Positions 39,201-52,741 are shown, counted from the whole stretch's first letter. The stretch is DNA of 63,229 nt, filler included, from Ministeria vibrans ATCC 50519 (GCA_943704425.1; 4 parts of 4 records of this genome joined end to end with filler, not necessarily neighbours in it), one strand, 5' to 3'. Numbers and translations are program-made. The notes: a model not told the origin generated them from the letters alone.

Positions 39201-40295
39201 CCAACTCCTCGTCATCAAAATCTTCTTCTTCTTCTTCTTCTTCTTCTTCTTCTTCTTCTTCTTCTTCTTCTTCTTCTTCTTCTTCTTCGACACCGTAGTC
39301 AACGAGACGTGCCACACGACCCACTTGACGGCCATCGTCATCGTCGTACGCTTGGTCGTCGTGCATCAAAGGCGTGCGCTCGGTGTGTCCCTTTGGTCCT
39401 TCTCCTCCTGCTCCTCGACTTGTGAGATCTTGTTGAAGTGCCAAGAGTCGGTCGCGACGCTCCTCGAGCTCGCGTAACTGCTGCTGACGCATCTGCAGAC
39501 TCTCAAGAAGCTCCTTTTGACGACGCAGTTGTTCGAGCTCCTGCATTTGCTCCTGGATCTCCTTGCTTGCCGGTACCCGTCCACTCTGAATCGCCTCAAG
39601 TATAGCCGCCACGTCCAGCTCGCCGTCTTCCATGTCGTCGTTCACAAGGACCGTCTGCGACGCAGCAAGGTCGTCGCCAGTGCTGTCCGCGCCGCTTCCG
39701 TCGTCGTACGAGTCCGCCAGACGACTGTGGAAGGCATCTTGCATGCTGCGAAGCTCGCTGACTCGCATCTCAAGCGTCCGGATGCGTTCAACGTCGTGGG
39801 GGTTGCTCGGCGAGCGCGCTTTCAGACGAGCGAGCGACATTTCAACGATCTGCGCAAAGAAAAAAAAAACGAACAACGAAAAAAAACGTCAAAAAGAAGA
39901 GAAAAAAAGGGGGGGAGAAGAAAAGGGAGAGAGGAAGGAGTTAGGTGGTGAATATAGACGAGTGTAGGGAAAACGAGGAGGAGGAGGAGGGTGTACGTTG
40001 AGCGTTTCACGGTTCTTCTGAACGTTGTCCAGAAACACAGGTTGAGGTGTTCGCGCGTTCCTGGGCCTCCCGGCGGCCGGGCTGGTCGCGACGGGGTGGC
40101 GGGGGCGTGGATCACTTTGACTTTGGGCTGCGGGATGGGCAGTTCGCGCCGCACGATGGACTGGCGTCTAAAAGAGTTGGACCTGTCAAACAAACAATCG
40201 AACATTGCGAATGCTTTTGGGAGGGTCGTTTCATTTACAGTGTTCGCCGTGTGAGGTGCACCAGGACGGCGTTTGGAGGATTGGTGCGAGGACAT
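36284..40295 (-). CDS. PCM1: Pericentriolar material 1-like centriolar-satellite scaffold; multi-exon
   Basis: Acidic coiled coils plus FDTVKDDVYRNVALGISVNDHRPYFLLQFFRLLQCLDTDARRQEALHQLSRIV, matching the PCM1 C-terminal block. Confidence 0.82.
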
Positions 40296-40376
40296 CACGT
40301 CAGTCAATAAAAAAAAAGTGAAGAACAGAAGAACAGAAAATTAATAATGATCATTGATCATAATTGTACGCAGTTA

Positions 40377-40391
40377 GTTGCGGATGACAAC
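40377..40391. promoter_or_regulatory. RFX X-box-like site ~80 bp upstream of the PCM1 ATG
   Basis: GTTGCGGATGACAAC (reverse GTTGTCATCCGCAAC), a GTTG...CAAC dyad. Confidence 0.55.
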
Positions 40392-41501
40392 ACGCACCAC
40401 AATAATAATGATTATTAAATATTAATGAGTATCCCGTAAATAACGTAATCGGTAATCCCGACTGGAGAGGAGGAAACTTGAACGAGGAACTGAGGGTAAT
40501 TAATATTCATTCTACTAAATAACCCTGCGCGAAAGATGAAAGACGATAACATCCGCTATATTATTTTATAATTATTTTATATAAAATGATCACAAAAATA
40601 ATAATAATGTTCCCTCACCCACTTCGAGCGCCATAAAGGCTCAACGTAGTGAGATAGGGGAAGGTGGGGTGCCCGACACAACCATTGATCTCCCTTCCCA
40701 TAGCTCTGACAAAGGAGAGACGGCGGGAGCGCTGTGGGAGATCGATTGTGTGCGAGCGGGTTGGTTTGGTGTTTGTTTCGAAGGAAGCAACTAAACAAAG
40801 GGAAGAAATCAAATTAGCCTTTTGTGTGTGTGCGTGTGTATGTGTGTGCGTTTATGTGTGGCGGTGGTGTAAGCTTGTGAAGGGGTCGATGTCAATAATT
40901 AATGTCAATAATAAGCTTACGGTTTACGAAGTAAGCTACTAGTATTTTTTCTCTCTGAAGATTTCCGAAGTATGCGAAGTATGCGAAGTAAGCGGGGGCT
41001 TTTTCCAAGTCGACATCTCCTTCCAGCCCATCATGGTGTACATCCAGGATGATCTAGTTTGGTATAAGGACAAATCGATGTGATTGAAAAACAATTCAAT
41101 TTCGCGCTTTTATACTGTGTAGTTTATTTAATCATGATGAGTCATAAGAAAATTGTCATGATGAGCTGGCAATGGAGCGCCTCACAGATATCAGGTTGTG
41201 TGTCTCTAAAGGAGTTGTCTTGTACGAGCCTTGCCAGACGCTTGTCTGTCTTATTAAAAGAAAAAGCTCTCCGGTCGCAGTGATCATCAAAACTCGGGCG
41301 CCACTGATCCGCCACTGATCCGCCACTAGTACTGAGCGGGGAGAGCATCCTGATCCACCGGCCAGGCGGCCACCGCAAGCCGCGGTACCGCCACTGCGAA
41401 GGATGCCAAGGTGGTGGTACGCAATGGTGCGCGCTCAAGGCCGAATCATACGCAGGAAAATACGCAAAATGAAAAAGTCAAAACAACAATAATTATTTTT
41501 G

Positions 41502-44500
41502 ATGTCTTCTTCCCCTCACTCCTCCCAACGGCGCATTGCGGAAACCGTCACCTCTAAACAAACCACCACTCGATTGCACATGGTCCACTGTGGCGTAGAC
41601 GCCCCCAAGGCTCTCGTCTTCTCGCCAGGCTGGTACACCAACATGCGTACCACAAGTCGTTGCCATGGACAACCCTCAACTCTCCTCCCGCTCTCTCTCC
41701 TTTAATCATCAATCCTCGGCAGGAAAGCAAACGACCAAGTTGTACAGACAATGGTGCTTACCAACGTGCGCAGCAAGTCTCAAACAATCCAAGTAGAAAC
41801 CAAAAAACCCCCAATACATTCGTATGACTTTCGTTCTCATCTCATCATCTCTCCTCACGTCCATTTCGCAGTACCATCCGCCTCCATCCACAACACCCTT
41901 CTCAATGAAATACCCCGTTGCCACCACACTGTCGCCGGGCACAAGCCTGACACTCTCCGTCACATTTCACCCGGTCGTGTCTGATGAGGAGTATCATAGT
42001 CAAGTGCAAATCATCACTGATCAAGGCGCCTTTTCCGTGCCCCTCCACGCTCGCTTGCCTCGCCAGCGCCTCAAGTGTCCTCGATCAGTCACATTCAACG
42101 CGTGCGTCGACCGAGACCGTCGCACGCGCGAGGTAACCCTCACTAATGCTGGGGAGGTGCCCCTCGCGTTCACCCTTGAATGCCCCAACGACAGCTTCTC
42201 CTTCACACCCGCACTCGGTCACATTCCATTGCACTCTACTCAACAAGTGCGTGTCACATTCCAACCACAGTCTGTTGGCGGCTACGACGCTACCATGACC
42301 GTCCGCTACGGCCCCGACAACGACACTCTGCCGCACGCCGCTCGCATTGCCATCTCCGCCACCGCCAAATTCCCCGTCCTTCTCCTCTCTTCAACGAATT
42401 CTTCCACCACCAACAACAGCAACAATCGCACACGACCACGCCTTTTCGTTGACTTTGGACTTGTTCATATGGGGGCAGGCGTCCTCAAACGCACTGTTCA
42501 TGTCCACAACGTCAGCGACGTGCCCGCCCGCTTCACCGCAACTCCCGACGCATCGTCACCGGCGTTTGCGTTGAGCCCCGCCTCGGGAACCATTGCCCCC
42601 GCAGGTGTTACTGCCGTCACTGTCACATTCTCACCGCACCACCCCACTCCACTGTGTCAAACCATTATCACGCTCACCACACCAAGTCGTTACCCACCCG
42701 CTCGCATCGTCTGCTCCGCACGCGTCACTGGACCCACTGTCTTTGCCAAAGAGGACCTCCTCGACTTTGGTGTGGTGCGCCCCGGCATTGCCACGCGCCG
42801 TGTGCTTTATCTCACTAACAGTTCGCCCGTAGTCGCTCACTATCAACTCCAGAACATCTCCACTCAGTCGCTCTTTCAGCTAAGTCATGCAGAGCACTCG
42901 TCAGGCTCCATTCCTCCAGGCGACACTCTTGCCATCTCTCTTGTCTTTCAACCCACCCTCGCTCACTCACGCAACTTTCTTCGGCCTCTCGTGTGCCTTG
43001 TTCACCACGCACCCCCTCTCCTTGTCACCCTCATGGGCGCCTGTGTCAGTGACCCATCCCGCCATTCCGAGCCCCCCTTGACCCGCCATCATGTCACGTC
43101 GTTTGCCCAGCGTCGCGCATTCGGCCTTGCCCTGCACACGCCAAACCAGCTTGACGATCTCATTGCCTCGGGTGCCCTCCCCCTCCTCTCTCCTCCACAT
43201 CCGCCACTGCCAAACTACGCCGCAGTCGCCACCGAGTGTGTGGTCGAGGAGCTGCGCGACGCCTCCCTTGTTGCCTGCTCCCTCTCCCAATCACCCCTCA
43301 ACATGCTTCCTTTTGTCTCCGAGTTCCATGACAGCAATGATTTTCCGGCTGAAATCGCCGTAGACACAAGTCATATCGACTTTGGTCGTGTGCTCGAGGG
43401 CAATTCTGTCGAACGCACTCTCTCCGTGCGCAACCACACACATGGTCGCGTCTCGCTCGCCTGGACATCCTCTCCAACTCTTCTCACCACCACAACTGTC
43501 ACTCCAGCTCAGTGCGAAATTGCTCCTCGCGCCTCTGTGTTCTTCACCGTACGCTACACTGCCGCTCCTTCTGGCACACATTGCTTCGAATCGTTTCTCG
43601 AGGCATATGCTCAATTCAAAACGTCTCGCGCGCGTCCAGAATCCCTCACCCCACCCTGGCCTCTCATTGTATCCCTAACTGCTAATGCTCATCCCGCATC
43701 GCACTCGTCGGTTCTTCACCTCCTCACCGAACCCACAATTACGACGACGACGCTGCCCATGCCTGCTCCCATCCCAGGTCAGGCCACTCACGCCACGTTG
43801 CGTCTCACCAACACTAGTGCCCTCTCCGCCCACGTGTCGGCTCTACTTCCCGCCTCGACATCCCTTGCCATTTACCCTTCGCATCAAGTGCTCGCACCCC
43901 ACTCAAGTCGTCTCCTGGTGATTCGTTCTCGCAGCGCAGCGGCGCTTATAGCCACCGACAGCGAACAGAGCAAGGCAACACCTCTCCTACAGCTCCTGGT
44001 CAACGGCATTCCTCGCAACACGGTCAACGTGACCCTTGACACACCGTCTGTCACTGATCTTGACAGTCTCACGCTCCACATGTCCTCTCACGCAGTCACG
44101 TTTAGCCCAACGCAGATTGGCATGAGCAACCGTCGCACTGTGCTCCTGACCAATCCCAATGCAGTCAGTGTGCGCTACGCCATTCGCTCAACCCTCCTTT
44201 CAGACGGCCTTCTTCTCGTCGAACCCGACACGGGCACCCTTGCACCGGGAGCCTCTGTCGATCTCGTGTGGAAACTCACCCCCGACCAGGAGGGTCGCCT
44301 GTCCTTTTCGGTGCCCATTGACCTGTCAGTGGCTCTCGACGACAGTCCCCTCAACACCACGCTGCCCACACGGGACGCGGTAGACTCGGTTCATTCGGCA
44401 ACAAGTCTCTGGCAAACCAAGTTGCGCGTGCACATTCGTGGCTCAGGCACTCACGCACGTGTCTTGTGCACACCTAACCACATTGACTTTGGCCCACAAG

Positions 44501-46635
44501 TGCTCAGTGTGGAGTCGCCGTTGCAAGCACGCGTCCTTCAGCTCACCAACGTCTCTTCGTCGCCCGTTCACTACGTGTTGCTATGTGAGCCGCCCGAGGC
44601 CATTTCGTACTCCATTCTAACGGGTCGTCTTGACAAAAACGACGAGAGCACCGGCGTGCTACCCGCACGTGGAACCGCCCGTGTCGCTGTACAGTTCACG
44701 CCAACAGCCACGCAGCATTACACTGTCCGAATGTCGTGTGTACTCGCCCGTGCGGCATCCACTCTTTCTTTTCACGTTCTCAACGACTCCCTTGCGCACC
44801 TCGAGGGCCACGGCGTCCTTCCCAGTCTCGAGGTGGTCGACGCCCGCCAGCGCAACGTCAGCAAGCGTCTCGTCTGGTCTCGCTGCAGTCTCGAGCAACT
44901 TAATCGCGAACTGGAACACGAACGTGAAGCCATTCCCACCGTCGACGAAACCATTGGGCGCGACTACGCCGCACTACAGGCACGTCAGACTGCGCGTGAG
45001 CCCATCACGATTCACTTTGGGAGTGGCACACACCGTTCGACGCCCACATGCACACACATTCATTTGATGCTGAAGAACAAAGGCCAGGTCTCGCTCCGCT
45101 GGCGTGCACTCTTTCCAAGCGACATTGAATGTGCCGCCGAACGATTGGCCAACAGAGCTAACGGTGTTAGCGCTACTGTCTCGGCAAGTGCTAGAATACG
45201 CTGTGCGCCTGTGCTTGGCCAGGAGCAGTTTATCGTGGAGCCCCGTGGGAGCGAGATTGAACCGGGCGACACTGTTGCCATACGACTGACCTACCGACAC
45301 ACCCTCGTGGGTGAGCACCGTGTACCACTAGTCTTGAGTGTGCGCAACGGACGACAGGTCATTGTCGAACTGCGTGGGGCGACCCTGCACCCCGACACGC
45401 CACACTGTCTCCTGCTGGTGCCCTCGCATGCAATCACATTCCAGCCGGTCTTCGTTGGCGCTGCGGACCCGCCACTGCAGTCACACCGCATTCACAACAT
45501 TGGCAACACACGCGTCTACTACCGAGTCACCACGACCGTGCCACACGACGAGCTCTACCACGACAACGCCCAGCAGTCCAGCGTGCTCGAGTGTCTGGCG
45601 CCCTCGGGCTACCTCGAACCCAGCGAGTCGGCTCTTGTGCCCTGGGTCTTTGCTCCCATTGCAGTGGGTACCTGGACCCGCGCCATTCGTATCCACTCGT
45701 CGCCCACGGCACAGGCGCCAGATCTAGACAGGGACACCACCGTCACCGACGTGAACCTCCACCTACATGCGTCTCACCCTCCCTCAGCGGCAGTCGCAGG
45801 AACCGCGGGAAGCGACTGGTGCCACTCGGCCGTGCACGTTCCCCCCGAGCCACTCCTGCCACCGCTCCCCAATCAACTCGCTGCCCTCTCCATCGAGCAC
45901 CTTCACTTGGGCGACATTGCTCAGTTCAGTCTCGTGCGACGACTGGTCTTCGTGCGAAATGTTTCCCGTGAGCACAGTACTGCCTTCCAGTGGTACACAC
46001 GCGACCCGCGCATCGCCGACGCCGTTCACATTACGCCCAACCATGGCACACTCGAGCCAGGCAAGCACTGCCAGTGCACCGTCTCCTTCCGCTCCACTCG
46101 TCGTCCCGAAGTCTTCCAGAGCGATCTCTTGTGCGAAGTCTACGACCGTCACGCTCTCCAGCGCTACCGCGACGAATGCGCGCATATTGCACATGCTCAA
46201 GAACACGTGCAGGCCGCCACCCACTCGGGGCCGCACCTCAATCATTCTATGGTGCTTCCACCCATTGATAAGGCACTGGGCAGTGATCATCATGAAACGA
46301 CGTCGACAGATGGTGAACATGACATGTACAAGCAGGGCCCAGCAACGACGACTCACGTACAGACGGCCCAGCCACTTGCACGTGCTCCCTTTACTCCCCT
46401 CGACACTACCATCCACCTCCACCAGCCCGGTGCCGCCTCCTTCTCCACCTCTTCCATTCCCTTCTCCCGCCCCATCTCTCAACTCAGCGACATTTCCCTT
46501 GTCCCAGCCCACCTCATCGACAACGCTCGAAACCCTCTCCCACCCCCTCCCCCCTCTCTCCTCCTCTCCCTCTCCCTTTCCCTTCGCACCCACTCCCCCG
46601 CCCACTACCCCCATGACCACCACCACCTCATCCCC
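41502..46635 (+). CDS. CFAP65: Cilia- and flagella-associated protein 65 (CCDC108), ASH/Ig-like repeats; 3' end lost in gap
   Basis: CGVDAPKALVFSPGW|...MVLTNVRSKSQTIQ|YHPP...TLSPGTSLTLSVTFHP; ESFLEAYAQFK..SLTPPWPL; GEHRVPLVLSVRNGRQV; FQPVFVGAADPPLQ. Confidence 0.9.
41659..41673. promoter_or_regulatory. RFX X-box in CFAP65 intron 1
   Basis: GTTGCCATGGACAAC, close to the canonical GTTGCCATGGCAAC. Confidence 0.65.
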
Positions 46636-47798
46636 NNNNNNNNNNNNNNNNNNNNNNNNNNNNNNNNNNNNNNNNNNNNNNNNNNNNNNNNNNNNNNNNN
46701 NNNNNNNNNNNNNNNNNNNNNNNNNNNNNNNNNNNNNNNNNNNNNNNNNNNNNNNNNNNNNNNNNNNNNNNNNNNNNNNNNNNNNNNNNNNNNNNNNNNN
46801 NNNNNNNNNNNNNNNNNNNNNNNNNNNNNNNNNNNNNNNNNNNNNNNNNNNNNNNNNNNNNNNNNNNNNNNNNNNNNNNNNNNNNNNNNNNNNNNNNNNN
46901 NNNNNNNNNNNNNNNNNNNNNNNNNNNNNNNNNNNNNNNNNNNNNNNNNNNNNNNNNNNNNNNNNNNNNNNNNNNNNNNNNNNNNNNNNNNNNNNNNNNN
47001 NNNNNNNNNNNNNNNNNNNNNNNNNNNNNNNNNNNNNNNNNNNNNNNNNNNNNNNNNNNNNNNNNNNNNNNNNNNNNNNNNNNNNNNNNNNNNATTTTCT
47101 CCTCGGTCGAATTGGTATCGTTGTCGATGAGACGTGATGTGGTGCGACTCGCCGCTTGAAAAAAAAAAACGAATGTTACGAATTTGATCGGTGTCATCAG
47201 CGGACATGTGTCCACCACGAGCACCCCGTGGCCTTCTCTTTGCCCGTCCCGCTGACTGCGCGCACCCCGTAGCTCTCTCTATTGTGTTTTTTTTCCCCCT
47301 CCAGAAAATGCGACTCTCACCAGAAGCACATCGATTCTTCTTTCTCTGTGTGAAACGCGTTCTGAGCCATACGGCTCGCCTCTTTGCCTCCCCCACCCCC
47401 CGTACCCTATCCTGTTTGCCAATGGGGCAGTCGTGAAGGCCTTTAGCGGTCTTGCAAAGCAACCAGTCGTTCCTCTTTGGTCTTTTTTCTGGGACGGGGG
47501 CTGTCGCGCGAGTCTGATGGCACTGCCCGTGCGCGCACTCTGCGCCTTCTACACGCCGCTCCTGTCGCACGAGCCGCAGTACATGCTTGCTTGAGGCTTC
47601 TCCGCGCCCCAAATGTATCGACTGTGCTGCTGTGGTTGCGCTCATCATTGCAATCAGTTCGGACGTTTGTCTTTTTTTTTCTCTTTTCGTTCTACTCGGT
47701 GTGAGTTCCGCCAGCGAATCAAGCTTGATCGCACATCCCGTTGGGGCGCACCTGCGAGTGACAATGAAGTCTCAACTGATCTTTATCTCTCTATCACT

Positions 47799-47843
<45 letters not shown>

Positions 47844-47850
47844 ATTTCAG

Positions 47851-49964
47851 GTTGGCACTCTGGACTCGCTGGTGTCTCTGTCGGACGATCTTGTGCGACA
47901 CGACCTCTTTGTCGAGAGTAAGGGGATGATGGCAAAAGAGTGTGCGTCTCACTGCTATGTTATGTGTGTGTGTGTGTGTGTGTGCCTTCTTCTTGTTTAC
48001 ATAGGTGTCTCGCGCAAGCTTGTGGCACTTCTCGCAGACTTGTTGGAAGACCACAAAGACCGAATGAGCGAGAGCCTGACCATCAACTCGAGTAAGAGCC
48101 TCATTGGTATCTCGTGAGTGTCATTCTAAACGGTGTAAATGTGCTATCTGTGCGAATTAAAGAGGACCTGAAGACATACCTGGAAACATTTCGCTGGGAC
48201 GGAGCGAAATACAACGCACAGCGGACGAGTGTGGCGACACTGACAGACATGATTGTGAAGCAAGTGAGCCAGATTGAAAATGCCATGAAGGTCAAGCAGC
48301 AGTCGTACAACCAGCTCAGAGGCAGTCTGCAGTCCATGGAGCGCAAAGCAGCGTAAGAACTTCCCAAACACTCACACACACACAGACACCATCAATCTAG
48401 ATATCATTGTGTGTGTGTGTAATAGTCGCCATAATTGTATTGCTGCATACGCATGTATGAGAGTGGACAGTCTGAGGAGTGAAACTGGTTATGTGTGAAA
48501 TAGTCTAGCTCTATTACTTTCTTTCTCTGAACAAGTAGTTTTGGTCGTTCTTTTTAGGGGTAATCTTCTTGTGCGGAGTCTCAACGATGTTGTGTCGCGA
48601 AAGGATTTTGTGGAAGACTCAGAGTACCTTGTCACACAACTGGTCGCAGTGCCCAGGTAACAATAGCACACTGTAGCGTCATACTGTAGCACTGCAACTC
48701 ACTATCACTCACACACATGCAATCACAACAACACACATTCAGTACTATCAGTCTGTCCCTTTTTTTGACTCATGCTTGTGTGTCTGTTTTGCTTTTAGAC
48801 ACGCATACAAACAGTTTCAACTCGACTATGAAACCTTCTCCAAAATGGTCGTTCCACGTTCCGCAAAGTAAAAGCAACTTATATGCATGTACGATATGCG
48901 TATTCACACCGGCACTTGTACTAGACTGATTTCGGAGGACAACGAGTTTGGTCTGTTTGGAGTGGTTATGTTCCGTCGAGTGGCAGATGAGTTCAAGTCA
49001 CATGCACGCGAAAAGAAGTAACATGAGACACAGCGAAAACACTTATCATATTTCATATTGTGCACTCACACACTCAAGTGCAGCACTCACTGCCACCATC
49101 ATCATTGATCTCATTGTATTTTGCACTCAATCTATCTATTCACTCACTTTGTACCGCTCGTTTCTGTGCTTCAGGTACATTGTGCGTGATTTCCAGTTCA
49201 ACGAAGAAGAATTTGTGCAGTCGCGAAAGGAGCGCAGCGAGATGGAAACGGACCTCAAACACCAATGGGTAACAAACCGCACACTAAATACGGCTAAGCA
49301 CACACTAAGCACACTCACACACTTTAAGCACACACACACACACATACGTTTATCTCTCACATACAGACACGTTGTTTCCTTCTTATCTCTCTCTCTCTTC
49401 TTATCTTTTTTGCTTCCTTCTCATCTACTTTGTGTCTTTCTCCCCTTTGTTTCTTTCCCCCCTCCTCTTCACTCTATCACTTTGATTCTCTCTTTATCAC
49501 TTTTTCTCTCCATTTCTTTCTTTCTTTCTTCTTCTCTTTCTTTTTTATATTTCTTTCTGACCCTTTCTTTGTGTTAGTCGTCTCTTGTGAGATGGGCCAA
49601 GACCAACTTTGGCGAGGCGTACAGTGCGTGGACTCATCTCAAGGCACTGCGTCTCTTCAGCGAATCTGTCCTGCGCTATGGTCTTCCCGTTGACTTTGCC
49701 GCTGTGCTCATTCATCCCGCGCCAAAGAAGGAAAAGAAGGTACAACAGCTCTAGCCCTCTCATGGCACAACGCTAACCGCTAATGCACAGGTCCGTGACG
49801 GTCTGCGCGATGCCTTCTCGCACCTTGCGTCCGCTGCCTCGATGAGCACGGGCGGTAAGGAGGCTGATGTGGCTGATGTCCCCGGTATGGCTGCCATGGC
49901 CTCAATGGACTTTTATCCTTACGTCTCTTATCCGGTTCACTCAAATCTTCTCGAACGCTCTTGA
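47851..49964 (+). CDS. ATP6V1C: V-type proton ATPase subunit C; first exon lost in gap 46636-47093
   Basis: [91 protein letters not shown]. Confidence 0.96.
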
Positions 49965-50152
49965 GTCGTTTTTTTTTTTGTTTTTCCGACTTTTCTCTAC
50001 CTCTCCTTTTTCTTATTTCTTTTGCTTTACGTGTCTTTTCGTGTGCTGTGTGAGTGTGCTTTGGTACGGAATAAACCAAACAAAAACAGGTTCTTTAATA
50101 TACACATTTGTTGAGAGGGGTATCAGTTACAACACAAGCTTTTGTGTGATAT

Positions 50153-52299
50153 TTACTCTGATATGAGCGGTTGAGACTCGGTCAGAGAGTCCGTCTGAGA
50201 CTCAGAGTCGAGCAATTGATCGCGATAGACAAACTTGCGATTGAGAAGTGCAAATAGAAGCACAAGCGCAAACACAGCGGCAAAATACGCAAAGAATTTG
50301 GTGGAGAGGGGTATGTCGATGAGAGCGACTGCAATTTGGATGAGATTGCCCAGGGCTTGTGTGATGTACCACAGAGACGTCACCAGGTTTCTAATACGTG
50401 TGAGTGGGTAGATTGTGCGTGAGTGTTGTCTCATAAAATGTATATTGTGTGATATGCGATAAAAATGAAAAATAAAAACTTCAAGGAGAGTGAGTGTGTG
50501 TCTGTCTACCTTAGCTCTGGCTCAGCCTGAGAATATGCAAACTCCAAACCTGACACAGCAACAAGAACCTCAGCAAAGGATAAGAGAAGGTACTGGGGCA
50601 GTTCCCACACAACACTGATGGACTGGGGACGGTCTTCATGCTGGATGGCAACTTGAACAAACCCCGCCAGGAGCATAGAGAGCGATGCGCACACCATTCC
50701 ACTCCCAATCTTGTGTAGTGCTCGCACCTACACACACAAATCAATGATATCATTAATAAGAATAATAATAATAATTATTATTATTATTATTATTATTTTT
50801 ATGGTGCTGCTATTCGTATTAATAATTGTTGACATGAGGTGTACTTTAAAATTAGGAATAATAATAATAATAATAATAATAAGGGTGTAAAATAGATTAT
50901 AATAATAATGAGTTTGAGGTTACTTTGAAATTGCAACAGCGCATGCAAAGAGGAAAAATCAGAGTGTCCATAAAGGGAATGATCAGAATGACAAACAAAT
51001 CATTCACACTCGGCATCAGATCGGCCGGAATTTCCCAACTGCCAATCTAAGACCAAAATAATTGAATGGAAGGTTGTCATTAGGGTTGTCCATTAGGGTT
51101 AGGGCTGTAATTAGGGATAGGGTTTCCACCTTTCGGTCCATTTGCTGTGCCTGATCGACCCACGTTGAGTTCTGTTGAAAAAATAGTCCCCAAAATAGAA
51201 TAAGAGGCGCAAAAACTTTGATAATAGGGGTCAGTTGAATCAGCTGTGATTTCGTTCGGCTCCAATCAAACTCTGAAAAAAAACCCCCCCAAAAAACAAA
51301 ATTAATGCGCACTTCCAAATGGAAATTTTCCTCACTTTGGCTGGTCTGGGGAGGAACCTTTCGATAGAGCGAATTAAAAGCAATAAACACAATTGCGCCT
51401 AATATGGCAGTGGCAGAAATCTAACCCGAACAAACCACAAAGAATGTAATCAAATCGAGATTAGGGTTAGGGTTAGGGTTAGGGTAAAACACAAAAAAAA
51501 GTCTTACGGTTGCCATACAAACAGGATAAGAGACGCTCTGGTGAAGAATAGGGCCAACACTCTCGCCAACAAGATTGCCCACATTGCAGAAGAGATAGTA
51601 CCATGAGAAGGACTGCGCGGCAATCGCAGATTGGCTGGGGAGAAACTGGTTGCCCACTTGCACCGACTGGATAGCGTTGATCATACCGTACCCGATCGCA
51701 ACGAACTGGAGAAAGTGAAGAGAGAAAGAAGAGAGGGGGAAAGAAGGGATAGGGGAAGGGGGCATTGTCACGTTTGAGTGTGTTGCTCGCGTGTGTGTTG
51801 TGGCGTACGATGAGGCCGGACATGGAGAAGGCAAGGTTGGCGGGGGAGTTGTGGGCACCAGACGGGCTCAGGCGGCTGACAATGGGCGGAAAGGCACTGA
51901 CGAGCATGAGGAAGGAGCCGGCCGACCAGACGAGCGTGGAGTAGAGCTGGGTGCGGTAGTTGCCGAAGACGCGGTCGGCAAAGTAACCGCCGGGCAGAGC
52001 GCACAGCGAGAAGACGACGACAAAGGCAGGGACGATGGCGTCGGCCGTCGACGACGACAGCAGGAGCCAGTCCGTGATGAACACCAACAGGACCGCTTGC
52101 AAGGCGGCCATGGAATACGACTGGAGCGTCGTCACGGTCATGAGAACGGAGACAGCGCGAAGCGGATAGCCGGGCGCTTGATCGCTCCCTGGCGCCTCCA
52201 CGCCGTCCTCAATGGCCACATCCGCCCTACGTTGCGTTGCACACCGCAATGGTTAGTTCAACTTCAATGTGCCTCGACCGCGTACTGCACGGAGGTCAT
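50153..52299 (-). CDS. POT/PTR-family (SLC15-like) oligopeptide transporter; multi-exon
   Basis: LPGGYFADRVFGNYRT, FSWYYLFCNVGNLVG, FWGLFFQQNSTWVDQAQQMD, WELPQYLLLSFAEVLVAVSGLEFAYSQA. Confidence 0.9.
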
Positions 52300-52420
52300 G
52301 CTGGCACCAAAAACTGTGAAACAATACTGTTATTTAATTACGACGAGATTACTCACTTCTCAGTGTTCAATCACTTCAAAGTTCAAAATAATTTTGCACT
52401 GTAGTCATTGATCGCACGTT

Positions 52421-52741
52421 ATGGACACTGACTTGAAAAAACTCAAGGTAAGAGTCGTGCGGTGTCGCGCCAGACACAGAAACCCAAAAATCGCTCAGTC
52501 GATCTATCTCCTGCTCCTTTGCCTCTGTCTCTCCTTCTGTACATTACTCTCACGTGTGTCTCTCTCCTGCCGAGTCCTGTCCGCCCTAACGCGCCCTCCT
52601 TCCTCTTCTTTTGCACTTATAGGTCGCTGAGCTTAAGGCGCTTCTCCAAGACGTGGAGCTGCCCACGACGGGGAACAAGGCTGAACTCATTGCACGCCTT
52701 GAAGAGTTCCGCGCGATTCCTCCGCTCACTTCGGTCGATGG
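52421..52741 (+). CDS. N-terminus of a SAP-domain protein (SARNP/Tho1-like), truncated by linker gap
   Basis: MDTDLKKLK|VAELKALLQDVELPTTGNKAELIARLEE. Confidence 0.8.
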
